Part shown: in pieces, positions 29,847 through 38,849 of the stretch
Layout of the letters: every line of letters starts with the position of its first letter
How positions within the stretch are numbered: position 1 is the stretch's first letter
Origin: Anaerolineae bacterium
GTDB lineage: Bacteria; Chloroflexota; Anaerolineae; UBA7937; B3-Chlor
Reading direction: 5' to 3'
Length of the DNA stretch: 64,000 bases
NCBI GenBank assembly: GCA_034411995.1
Contig: DAOUME010000030.1
Span: 47,409 to 111,408, forward strand
Notes under the pieces: generated by a model
The model's input: the letters and a program-made list of their open reading frames with translations, nothing else
The model's database searches: none
What the model was told of the DNA's origin: nothing
Made by a program: the position numbers and the translations under genes

Positions 29847-30350
29847 CTAGGCACTCGGCAACGCCACCAGGCGTCTTGCGCCCGCCACGTCTCTGAGCCG
29901 ATCTGCTGCCTGCCTCTGCTTCGTGCTACGTTGTTCTTCGACCTCTGCGTACTTCAAGGCTCCATAGACACAGAACCTGACACACAGAGGATCGCCGTCG
30001 CATAGGTCGCATTTGAACACTCGGCTGTGTGTGCTGTCGAAGGCCATCGCGCCGAAAGGGCAGACCGCGATACACATCCTGCAACCGATACACTTCTCAT
30101 AATCGACAGACACCCTTCCCAGGGAGCCGTCACGCGAGATGGCACCTACAGGGCAGATGGAGGCACAAGGGGCAGACTCACAGTGAGCACACGTGATCGG
30201 CACGCCCTGGCCTGGCATCTCCCACTGGATGATCGAGATCCGGCTAAGACTCGGACTGATTGCCCTCTCGTGGTGGATGGAACACGCCATCTCACAAGTC
30301 CGGCAACCAACACACTTCTCGTAGTCGATGACCAGTTGCTTAGGCATCAC
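29847..30350 (-). CDS. Poly-[4Fe-4S] ferredoxin-like electron-transfer subunit (four Cys groups)
   Basis: CVGCRTCEMAC; CAHCESAPCASICP; CIGCRMCIAVCP; CDLCDGDPLCVRFC. Overlaps the upstream AOR stop by 11 nt. Confidence 0.8.
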   Translation of the reverse strand: MMPKQLVIDYEKCVGCRTCEMACSIHHERAISPSLSRISIIQWEMPGQGVPITCAHCESAPCASICPVGAISRDGSLGRVSVDYEKCIGCRMCIAVCPFGAMAFDSTHSRVFKCDLCDGDPLCVRFCVYGALKYAEVEEQRSTKQRQAADRLRDVAGARRLVALPSA

Positions 30351-32268
30351 TTGTTACCTGCTCCCGGGAGTTGTCACCCTGCTCAAGTTGGCGCTCGAAG
30401 GTCTCCCATTCTTGCGAGAGGCCGAGGTTGTGGAAAGTCTCTCTCATGGGCACTCCGTCCTCATCCCACCCACGGAGCGCATAGTACTCGCTGAGCATCC
30501 GCTGAAACTCCGCCGTGTCAAGCCGCTCACCCTTGAACCGCCCCCCCGGCACGGCTGTCTCGAAGAGACGTTTCGGAAAACCGTCGTCTGCTCTGCGTAC
30601 ACCCCTTATAGTGTTGAATGCTCTCTCCAAGGTCTTCACTCTCCTGGCCGCTAGGAGCAATTCGTCCTCGGTAGTATCCTGCCCAGTGGCCAGGGAGAAG
30701 AGCTTCGCGGGAACCTCCAGCGAGCGCGTGATCGACCAGGGGATAAGCCATTGGCACATCCCCAGCAGGTCCACAGCGATACTACGATCCTCGTAGTCCG
30801 CAACCATGGGAGCTTTTTTCTCGTAGGACGTAGGATCTAGCACCCGGCTCGTGCCGTACTGCTGGGCAGCCCAGCGAGCAGCTCCCTCCTGGTCACCCCA
30901 CAAGGCATAGTCGATGCTCCCTCCCTCTGCCTGGTTCCCTGCGTTCACAGCCGCGGCCAGCGCCATCGATTTGTAGGCCCGCACATCATACTGCTCCATC
31001 TCCATACCCTTCACCACCATGGCGCACTCTTCTGCTCCAGGACCAATCTCGCGGGCTGCGGCCTGTACCCCGTTCTTGAAGAGCCGTCCGAACCCCTCTT
31101 GCCTTCCTATCTTGTGTATCGTGGACAAGATGGCCGTCTCATCCCCTCTCTCCATGGGGATGCCATCGGTATCCCTGGCATCTATGATGCCCCTGTGATA
31201 AAGCTCCATCAGGAAGGAGATGATATTGCCGGTGGCAGTGATATCCAGCCCGTAGGCGTTGCAGAGATAGGTAGCGTGAAACATCACCTTGCGGTCGTTG
31301 TTCCACACGTTGCTGGCGAACGACCCCCAACCGTTGCACTTTGTCATACCGTGACCGATGCCGGGAACGTGGAACATGTGGAAGTGATTAACAGGGCATC
31401 CAAAACACCCGTACTGCCCCACGGCAAAACGATCATAGAAACCCTCTGGAGGACCGAAGGATCCCACCTCGTCCCAACTAGCGTCGTCCGTTTCCCAGTT
31501 GCCGAGGGGATCCTCGTTGAGTCCGGACCCCAGAGTATACATGTCGCCTACGCCGCCTGCTGCTTCCCGGCGCATGCCTGGATGATCGCGCAGCCATTTC
31601 TGGGTCTCTCGGCAGGCAGCAACGAACTGTTCCGGCTGGGCAAGTGTGATCTGGCCTGTCCCCCTGATGGCCACGGCCTTCAGGTTCTTGGAACCCATAA
31701 TCGCCCCGAACCCGTACCGCCCGGCGGCACTTCCCATTCCAGTGATCAGACAAGCAAAGTTCACCAGGCTCTCACCCGCGGGGCCTATGGACACGACCTC
31801 TAGGGGGGTCCCCAGCTCCTCCCGTAAGCGTCCGGCCGTCTCCCGGGTATCTTGGTGCCAGAGGTGCTCAGCGTCTCTGATCTCCACCGCTTGATCCTGG
31901 ATGTGCAAGTAGACTGGCACTTCAGACCTTCCCTGGATAGCCAGGGCATCATAGCCGGCGTGCCGAAGCGAGGCGCCCAGAGATCCTCCGATTCCGGCGC
32001 TGCCCATGAGGCCGTGGGGGGACATGGCCATCACTTTGGTCCGAGAAGAAGACGGTGCCAGGGTGCCGCTCAGTACGCCGGGGCCGAAGAAGAGTATGTT
32101 GGCCGGATCGTATGAGCGTACTTCGCGGCCCACCTCATCGAAGAGGATCTTGGCACCTACGCCCCTACCCCCGATCCACGATTTGCTGTAGGGCTGTGTA
32201 TCATCGGCGCTCCAAGACGCGCTAGACAAATCTACCCTAAGGATTCGACCAGACCACCCGTACGGCAT
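30340..32268 (-). CDS. AOR-family pterin enzyme, variant subtype (altered cluster and active-site motifs)
   Basis: 642 aa. AOR-family blocks WSGRILRVDLS, LCNAYGLDITATG, DLLGMCQW and YYALRGWDEDGVP are present. The cluster motif reads CFGCPVNH, and GPEYE is replaced by GMTKCNGWG. Confidence 0.85.
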   Translation of the reverse strand: MPYGWSGRILRVDLSSASWSADDTQPYSKSWIGGRGVGAKILFDEVGREVRSYDPANILFFGPGVLSGTLAPSSSRTKVMAMSPHGLMGSAGIGGSLGASLRHAGYDALAIQGRSEVPVYLHIQDQAVEIRDAEHLWHQDTRETAGRLREELGTPLEVVSIGPAGESLVNFACLITGMGSAAGRYGFGAIMGSKNLKAVAIRGTGQITLAQPEQFVAACRETQKWLRDHPGMRREAAGGVGDMYTLGSGLNEDPLGNWETDDASWDEVGSFGPPEGFYDRFAVGQYGCFGCPVNHFHMFHVPGIGHGMTKCNGWGSFASNVWNNDRKVMFHATYLCNAYGLDITATGNIISFLMELYHRGIIDARDTDGIPMERGDETAILSTIHKIGRQEGFGRLFKNGVQAAAREIGPGAEECAMVVKGMEMEQYDVRAYKSMALAAAVNAGNQAEGGSIDYALWGDQEGAARWAAQQYGTSRVLDPTSYEKKAPMVADYEDRSIAVDLLGMCQWLIPWSITRSLEVPAKLFSLATGQDTTEDELLLAARRVKTLERAFNTIRGVRRADDGFPKRLFETAVPGGRFKGERLDTAEFQRMLSEYYALRGWDEDGVPMRETFHNLGLSQEWETFERQLEQGDNSREQVTSDA

Positions 32269-32483
32269 GTTCCTCTCCGCGCCTGAAAGTCGCTAAGCAA
32301 TTCCATCCCAACAGAGCGCTCCGAATGCTGGCTCTGTGAACCGCTCCCGAGGCTCCCACTCCGGGCTCCTGCTCGGCTGATCATTGGTGCGCTGGCCTGC
32401 ACGTAGGACCCCAATGTTGGAGCGAACAGGCCGACCCATAGCAGTGGCAGCATGCACACCCCTCATAGTCTAAACGCAGCGGC

Positions 32484-34439
32484 CTACGTATCTGTCTGCA
32501 CCCGTTGCGAGAAGTCCTCATTCTGACCAAGAGGACCCTGGAACGTCTCCCATTCGGCAGAGAGGCCAAGCTCGCGGAAAGTCTGCTCAGTGGGTACGCC
32601 CTCTTCGTCCCAACCGCGCAAGGCATAGTATTCGCTGAGCATCTGCTCGAACTTCTCCCTGTCCAGTCTCTGACCTTTGTGCACACCGTCGGGGACCGCT
32701 GTTTCGAAGAGTCGGCGAGGAAGTGTGTGCTGTTTGCGCGCTGTGCCCCTCTTGACGTTAAACGCCCTCTCCAGCGTCTTGATCCTCTGCGCCGCCGCCA
32801 AGAGGTCGTCCTCACTGAAGTCCTTTCCGGTGGCCATGGACAGGAGTCTCGCCGGCAGTTCCAGCGAGGTAGTGATTGACCACGGGATCAGCCAACGGCA
32901 GGTGCCCACGATGTCCACGGCCCGGCACAGGTTTTCATGATCCCAAACCGAGATCGCCTTACCTTCGTACGATGTGGCGGGGGGAACGGTCTCCGATCCG
33001 TAAAGCGCCTTGGCCCATCTCTTCAACTCCCGCTGGTCCACGCCTCCGAACAGAGCGTTGTAGTCAAAGGCGATGCCTTCGGCGACACCACCGCTATCTA
33101 TCGCTGCGATCAACGCCATGGACTTGAACGCTCGAACTTCGCATTGCTCCATTTCCTCCCCATTGACCACCATCGCGCACTCCTCGGCGCCTTTGCCGAT
33201 TTCCTGGGCCGCACCCCGCACGCCGTTCTTGAACAGCCTACCGAACCCCTCTTGCTTCCCAATCTTGTGGATGGTCGAGAGAACCGCACGTTCGTCGCCT
33301 CGCCCCATGGGAATGCCGTCGGTATCCTCTTCGGTGATCATCCCTCGCTGATAGAGTTCCATGAGAAAAGATATGGCACCGCCCGCCGCAGTGATGTTCA
33401 AGCCATAGCGGTTGCACAGGATGTTGGCATGCAACATCAGCTTCCGATCATTGTTCCACACGTTGCCGGCGAAGGTCCCCCATCCCCAGCACTTGGTGGT
33501 TCCACTACCCACACCGGGCAAGTAGAAGACATGAAAATGGCTCACCGGGCAGCCCAGGCAACCATACTGATGCGTGGCATAGTCGTTCCAGAATTCTTCC
33601 TCTCCTTCGAACGCCTTCTGGAAGCCGCCGAGCCGGTCCCAACTGGCATCCACGGCTTCCCAGTTACCTATGGGAAACTGGCCGATCTGCTGCGCATCGC
33701 CCAGCCAATGCCGGTCGCCCCCGTATTCACGGGCCTCCGGTATCATGCCGGGGTGCTCTCTGAGCCACCTGTGGGCTTCCTCGCAAGCCGCCGTGAACGC
33801 CTCGGGATCGGCGACGCGTACCTCTCGAGTTCCGTCGACGGCCACGGCCTTGAGGTTCTTGGACCCCATGACGGCACCCAGCCCATGCCGTCCTGCCACA
33901 CTTCCCATGCCAGTTACTATGGATCCAGATGTCACGAGATGCTCACCGGCCGGCCCGATGCACACGATCTCCACAGAGTTCCCCATCTCTTCCCTGATGA
34001 GCCGTTGCGTCTCCTGCGTGTCCTTGCCCCAGAGTTGGCCGGCATCCTTCAATTCAACGCAGTCATCCCGGATGCGCAGATAGACTGGCCGTTCGGCAGC
34101 CCCTTCGATGATCAGGCAGTCATAGCCAGCCCGTCTTATCGCTGCGCCCGCGAACCCGCCAATGCCAGAACTCGCCACCAAGCCGCTCGGAGCCACGGAG
34201 GTGATCTTCATCCTGGCGGTGGAGGGGGCAAGAGTGCCTGTCAGGACTCCCGGGGCAAGACAGAGCAGATTCTCCGGGTCAAAAGCCGATGTCGTAGGAG
34301 CAACCCCGTCATACATGGCCTTGACGCTGATGCCCCTTCCACCAATGAACAAGGGTGTATACGGCATCGAATCCTCAGTCCAGGATCGGTTTTCCGAGAG
34401 ATTTACTCTTAGTACCTTGCCTGACCATCCTAACGGCAT
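32484..34439 (-). CDS. AOR-family pterin enzyme, variant subtype (tandem paralogue of 30340-32268)
   Basis: 651 aa. It shows the same deviations as its neighbour: CLGCPVSH and GTTKCWGWG. LCNRYGLNITAAG, DIVGTCRW and YYALRGWDEEGVP are retained. Confidence 0.85.
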   Translation of the reverse strand: MPLGWSGKVLRVNLSENRSWTEDSMPYTPLFIGGRGISVKAMYDGVAPTTSAFDPENLLCLAPGVLTGTLAPSTARMKITSVAPSGLVASSGIGGFAGAAIRRAGYDCLIIEGAAERPVYLRIRDDCVELKDAGQLWGKDTQETQRLIREEMGNSVEIVCIGPAGEHLVTSGSIVTGMGSVAGRHGLGAVMGSKNLKAVAVDGTREVRVADPEAFTAACEEAHRWLREHPGMIPEAREYGGDRHWLGDAQQIGQFPIGNWEAVDASWDRLGGFQKAFEGEEEFWNDYATHQYGCLGCPVSHFHVFYLPGVGSGTTKCWGWGTFAGNVWNNDRKLMLHANILCNRYGLNITAAGGAISFLMELYQRGMITEEDTDGIPMGRGDERAVLSTIHKIGKQEGFGRLFKNGVRGAAQEIGKGAEECAMVVNGEEMEQCEVRAFKSMALIAAIDSGGVAEGIAFDYNALFGGVDQRELKRWAKALYGSETVPPATSYEGKAISVWDHENLCRAVDIVGTCRWLIPWSITTSLELPARLLSMATGKDFSEDDLLAAAQRIKTLERAFNVKRGTARKQHTLPRRLFETAVPDGVHKGQRLDREKFEQMLSEYYALRGWDEEGVPTEQTFRELGLSAEWETFQGPLGQNEDFSQRVQTDT

Positions 34440-34556
34440 GGACTACCCCGCTACCAGCGTGCAGTCTGCATCAGTTGGCCAACGTTTGCAGCAGCGGCCC
34501 CATCCAGGGCCCACGTCAGGTCGCCCAGTGTGCCTGCACATTCGATTGAACAACGC

Positions 34557-35231
34557 TCAAGCCTCGCCAGGTGATGAATCCTGGCGGTCATCACCCCTAC
34601 CGAGGATGTCAAGTACCCTCTCTCTCCCGTTGGTCACATGCTCTCGCAGTCGGAGGTTTGCCATTTCTGAGTCCCCCTTCTCGAGAGCCTCGATGATGGC
34701 CTTGTGCTCCGCAATGGAGACGCGAGCACCGCCAGCCGCCTGGTATGCAGGATAGAGGAATCGCGCCAGGGCACTTTGTATCCGCTCCGTCGAGCAGACC
34801 AGGTACCGGTTGCCGGTGCATTGGGCGATCGTGGTGTGGAACTCGACGTCCAACTCGGTGAGCTCGTAGCAGTCCACGTCGTTACTGGCCTCTTCCTGAC
34901 GGGAGACTATGCTGCGCAGGCGTTCGAGTTGTTGCGGCCCGATCCGGCTGGAGACCCGTGCTATGCACGCAGAGCCGATGTCATACATAACGTCATGTAT
35001 CTCCTGGCAGTCCACGATGCTGAGGGGCTGAATCAAGACACCCCTGCGCGGTGGGAGCGTGAGTAGATACTGTTGGCTTAGTTGCTGAAGAGCTTCTCTC
35101 AAGGGGGTTCTGCTACAGCCCAGCGCCTTTGATAGCAGTACCTCGCTTACCAGGCCGCCCGGCGCCAATTCACCTGTGATAATCATCCTGCGAAGCTCCC
35201 GAGCAACGGTGTCGCTAGCTGATCTGCTCAT
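34557..35231 (-). CDS. GntR-family transcriptional regulator with FCD domain
   Basis: 224 aa. wHTH block LVSEVLLSKALGCSRTPLREALQQLSQQYLLT followed by a helical FCD-type C-domain. First gene of the AOR cluster. Confidence 0.85.
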   Translation of the reverse strand: MSRSASDTVARELRRMIITGELAPGGLVSEVLLSKALGCSRTPLREALQQLSQQYLLTLPPRRGVLIQPLSIVDCQEIHDVMYDIGSACIARVSSRIGPQQLERLRSIVSRQEEASNDVDCYELTELDVEFHTTIAQCTGNRYLVCSTERIQSALARFLYPAYQAAGGARVSIAEHKAIIEALEKGDSEMANLRLREHVTNGRERVLDILGRGDDRQDSSPGEA

Positions 35232-35817
35232 CCCTTGCCGCCTTTCGAATCCTCAGTACGCAGCGTGCACAATGGCATCACCAATTATCTGCCTACCTGG
35301 GAGCCGAGAGGCTGGACACCGACGAAGTTGGTCTCGGCGCACCCGACAGTGACGATCGTGCGGTCAGGGATGTCGACCGATTAGGGGCATACCATGGCCT
35401 CTCAGACTTGGATGTTGCCGCTTGACCCGGCATAGTGAGGGTGTGATGACATGTCTCTCAACGAATCTGGGATCTCGGTCCAACTCAAGGGATGAGCGCT
35501 GCTGTCCGGTAGGTTCTACTCGACGAGCCCCTCCCGCCTGGACATCATCCGTCCCATTTCGAAGGGCTGTAACGCGATGGCCGCCCTTGTCCCTGTCTAT
35601 CTGCGCTGCCGGTATAACAGGCCCTCCGCCCTCGGGAGAACGAGCCAGCGGTGGGTGCCGGGGACTGGTGGCTGAAACGATCGAGTGGGGTGCTGGCAGC
35701 ATGGCCGTGGCAGAGACCTCGGGCCCCTCGCTTCTCACGGACGAGCACTGCCGTCCGCACGCCGAAGACACAGCCATCCGCAAATGTCGCCTTTGGATGA
35801 ATCAACAACGGTCCAGA

Positions 35818-35848
35818 GTGCACAAATTATAGTCTATTCTGTGTGCAC
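35818..35848. promoter_or_regulatory. Inverted repeat GTGCACA-N17-TGTGCAC (candidate operator)
   Basis: GTGCACA at 35818-35824 and TGTGCAC at 35842-35848, inside a strongly AT-rich patch and just downstream of the predicted start site of the promoter at 35891-35863. The palindrome TGATTTAATCA on the minus strand abuts the -10 box. Confidence 0.35.
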
Positions 35849-35862
35849 GAATGATTAAATCA

Positions 35863-35891
35863 ATTATACATCAGATCTCAGCGTGTGTCAA
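35863..35891 (-). promoter_or_regulatory. Consensus sigma70-type promoter TTGACA-N17-TATAAT reading toward the GntR/AOR cluster
   Basis: Minus strand 35891->35863 reads TTGACAcacgctgagatctgatgTATAAT, a 12/12 match with a 17-nt spacer. It is the second such element in the window, and both lie upstream of GntR genes. Confidence 0.55.
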
Positions 35892-36237
35892 GCACTTGTC
35901 CATTGCGCACCAACAGGGGTGTCGTCTCCGGCGGTTAGCGGGCGAGGGTACGAGTTCCATTGGGGACGACCCCACTGCCCGTTTGCGACACCCCCTGCTG
36001 TCTCGGCACCGGATGCCCTAAACAGTCGGGCCGCAGGGCCAAGTGGAAGGTCGTGGCCAGCCCCTGACCTGGCCCCCACTCAAGGAGTGCGTTGGGATTC
36101 TGTGCCCTGTCCTGGTGAGCGGTAGCTCTCCCCAGGCTCGTCGTTGGGCACCACAAGGCGAGGGGGGCACGCACTTGCGCCGGGTGGATCATCGCGGAAT
36201 CAGGCCAAGGAGCTACTGCGACGTGGAAGCGACGTGG

Positions 36238-38190
36238 CTAGAGATTCTCAATGGTGACAGGCTTCACAGGTTCGGCCAGCTCGAAACCGAACACCTTCGA
36301 GTAGAAGTACAGCTCGGCATCGAGCGAGCGCTGGATGTTCTCGGCGCGCTTGAAGCCGTGCCCCTCTCCCTCAAACGGGACATAGGCCACGGGAACCTTG
36401 TTGTCGCGCAGTGCCTGGACCATGAGCTCAGTCTGGTTGGGCCGTACGACCTCGTCCTCCAGCCCTTGGAAGAAGATCACAGGTGACTTGATTAGATGCG
36501 CCGAGTAGACCGGCGAGCGCTGGTCGTATAGGTCTCGCCTCTCGGGGTACGGACCTATGATGCTGTCGAAATACCGTGATTCGAACTTGTGCGTCTCCTC
36601 TTCCGAGAGCGCCAAGTTGCTGTCTCCATAGTAGCTGGCGCCAGCGGCGAAGACATCGTGGAAAGCAAGCCCGCACAGGGTACAGGTGCCGCCTGCACTG
36701 CCACCCCTTATTCCGAGGCGGTCTTCGTCTGCCAGGCCTTGCTTCACGAGGTAGAGAGCACCATTCAGGCAATCTGCGACATCCACCACGCACCACTGAC
36801 CTCTCAGCCTCTCTCGAAACGCACGCCCGTAGCCAGTGCTTCCTCCATAGTTGACGTCGAGTACCGCGAAGCCACGGCTCGTCCAGTATTGAATGTCCAG
36901 ACGAAGTGTCGTCCAAGTGGCAGAGGTTGGCCCGCCATGGCTGACGACCAGCAGAGGTGGTAGTTCGCCGGCAGGGGCGGAGTAGTCAGGGTTCTTGGGT
37001 GGGTAGTAGAACGCATGGGCCGCCAATCCATGGTCGGTGGGGAACTCGATGGGCTGAGGAAGGGATACGTACGCCGGATCGACGCTCACATCGGTGGAGC
37101 GGTGGAGCACCCGAAGCTCCGTGCTCTCCAAGTCAACCTCCACGATGGAGGCCGGCTCGGTCGGCGAGCCAGCGGCGAAAAGGGCACGGCCAGGCGCCGC
37201 CCGCACACTCCAGATGTCCGTGTACGGCGTCTCCATAGCTTCAAGATGGCCTCTCTCGGTGTCCAAACTAGCCAAGTGCCAGGTCCCATCTTGTGTGTAA
37301 GCACAGACGATACGATGCGAGGACTCGAAGGCATAGAGCGATAGTCCGAACAACCACTGAGGTGCCCCAAACTCCGCCTTCATCTCGCACAAGGCCTGCG
37401 CCTCACCACCCCGCCAGCGATAGAGGTTCCACCAACCACTGCGATCCGAGACGAAGTACAGGGTCCCATCCGGTGACCATTCCGGCTGGAAGATGGATTC
37501 CTCTGCGCCGCCCGCCACAAGCTGACCCTCGCCCACTGAGCCATCTGGCAGGAACTTACCCACCCAGAGTTCGTTTCCATCGAAGGGCATGTTGGGGTGA
37601 CTCCAGGTCAGCCAGGACACCCGTGAACTATCAGGGCTCACCCGTGGTGAGGAGCAAAAATCGTTCCCAGAGACCAGGACCTGACCCACGTCTTCGCCAT
37701 CGAGGCTGACGCTGACCAGCGTGTTGACCGCTTCGTGGCGGTCGCCAGTGTGGTCCTCGCGTACGCAGATCAGCCGATGCCGCGCCTCGTCAATGGCGAA
37801 GTCCGCGTAGCGCATGTCGCTGTCGGATGTGATCGCCTCAGGAGCGCGCCCCGGATCCTGCCGGTAGACCAGGTTGTCGGTGAAGTTGGAGAAGTAGATC
37901 GTACCATCGTGAACGGTGAATGCACCCCCACCATATTCGTGGACACCGTCGCCAGCGTCGAACGGGACGGGAGTCAGCTCCTTCTTGAGGCCGCCCGGTG
38001 TGTAGCGAACGACGACGTGACGCCCACCCTCAGCCGGGCGAATCTCCAACCAGTAGGTGTCTCTTCCGTCAAGAGCGATCTCACCGAGGCCGAAGAAAGG
38101 TTCGAGCGTACCGATTGTTCTGGTGGCGATGAGTTCTGAGGTAATGGGTGACTTCCACGATCCAAATGGGGCCTTCTTTGCTGCGGACAT
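36238..38190 (-). CDS. S9-family serine peptidase (prolyl oligopeptidase / acylaminoacyl-peptidase type)
   Basis: Track ORF 36238..38421 trimmed to ATG 38190 (GGAGA upstream; MSAAKKAPFGSWKSPIT). The N-terminal half is beta-propeller-like. Catalytic Ser in GGSAGG, Asp in GLEDEVV, His in EGEGHGF. Confidence 0.85.
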   Translation of the reverse strand: MSAAKKAPFGSWKSPITSELIATRTIGTLEPFFGLGEIALDGRDTYWLEIRPAEGGRHVVVRYTPGGLKKELTPVPFDAGDGVHEYGGGAFTVHDGTIYFSNFTDNLVYRQDPGRAPEAITSDSDMRYADFAIDEARHRLICVREDHTGDRHEAVNTLVSVSLDGEDVGQVLVSGNDFCSSPRVSPDSSRVSWLTWSHPNMPFDGNELWVGKFLPDGSVGEGQLVAGGAEESIFQPEWSPDGTLYFVSDRSGWWNLYRWRGGEAQALCEMKAEFGAPQWLFGLSLYAFESSHRIVCAYTQDGTWHLASLDTERGHLEAMETPYTDIWSVRAAPGRALFAAGSPTEPASIVEVDLESTELRVLHRSTDVSVDPAYVSLPQPIEFPTDHGLAAHAFYYPPKNPDYSAPAGELPPLLVVSHGGPTSATWTTLRLDIQYWTSRGFAVLDVNYGGSTGYGRAFRERLRGQWCVVDVADCLNGALYLVKQGLADEDRLGIRGGSAGGTCTLCGLAFHDVFAAGASYYGDSNLALSEEETHKFESRYFDSIIGPYPERRDLYDQRSPVYSAHLIKSPVIFFQGLEDEVVRPNQTELMVQALRDNKVPVAYVPFEGEGHGFKRAENIQRSLDAELYFYSKVFGFELAEPVKPVTIENL

Positions 38191-38849
38191 CAACCGTCTC
38201 CTTCCGTCTATGAGAGCTGGGTCTCCACTCGTGTCTGTGCAGTCCATCGCAGCCAGCGAAGTGTACGACCGTTCAACCGCAGGAGTCAAGCCAGAGACGC
38301 GCCCGATACCACGACGGTGTGTAGGGGATTGATTCCGTGCGTAGGAGGGGGCCAGGGCAGCCTGCCAGAGCGTCCCGCGACATCCGTATCCTGGATCAGG
38401 ATTCGAGACGGCGAGCTGCACCGATCAGCAGAGACCGTGCCCTCCGCTCTGTCTGAACACATGGCCCCTCCAGCCAGGTCGGGTGCGAACCAGACGCAAG
38501 ATTGAACTTGCTCGGCCATCCGCTCGATTGGCCAGCAACTCAGGCGCTTGACCGGACGATGAACGTCAGACTGTCAGGCCAGGGTCTCACTCGCCGCGTC
38601 TTCTAGCATTCCTACCGAGAGTGGCTACCGAATGATCGCGGGACAATGACGCAGTTCCCACAGGTTGGGCGCGCCTGCACACACGGAAGCTCAATAGAAA
38701 CGTCCGCCGGAGGGGCTCCTGCTCTGGGATGTCACCCTCAGCGAGCAGGAGGGGCCTGGCGGCACCTGCGCGGAGCACCGCGATCCTGGCGCAGCAAGTG
38801 GTTGTATGTGCCTCAAGACCCATTCTCGTTTCTGACTCTCCGCTGTCCT

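Noticed and set aside
32937-34412. 491-aa plus-strand ORF antisense to the AOR gene at 32484-34439
   Set aside because: The translation is Arg/Pro/Gly/His-rich and has no family motifs. The opposite strand carries strong AOR blocks along its whole length. This is a typical shadow ORF of a high-GC gene.
35241-35260. TTCGAATCC, resembling a tRNA T-loop
   Set aside because: The flanking 5-mers (cgcct / cctca) cannot pair as a T-stem, and no acceptor or anticodon arms are evident. The sequence is simply the region just upstream of the GntR start.
35545-35823. 92-aa ORF inside the long leader downstream of the consensus promoter
   Set aside because: It has a GTG start without an SD. After about 40 residues the translation becomes Arg/Gly/Ser-rich noise. 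It may be a decayed fragment, but it is not a supportable gene.
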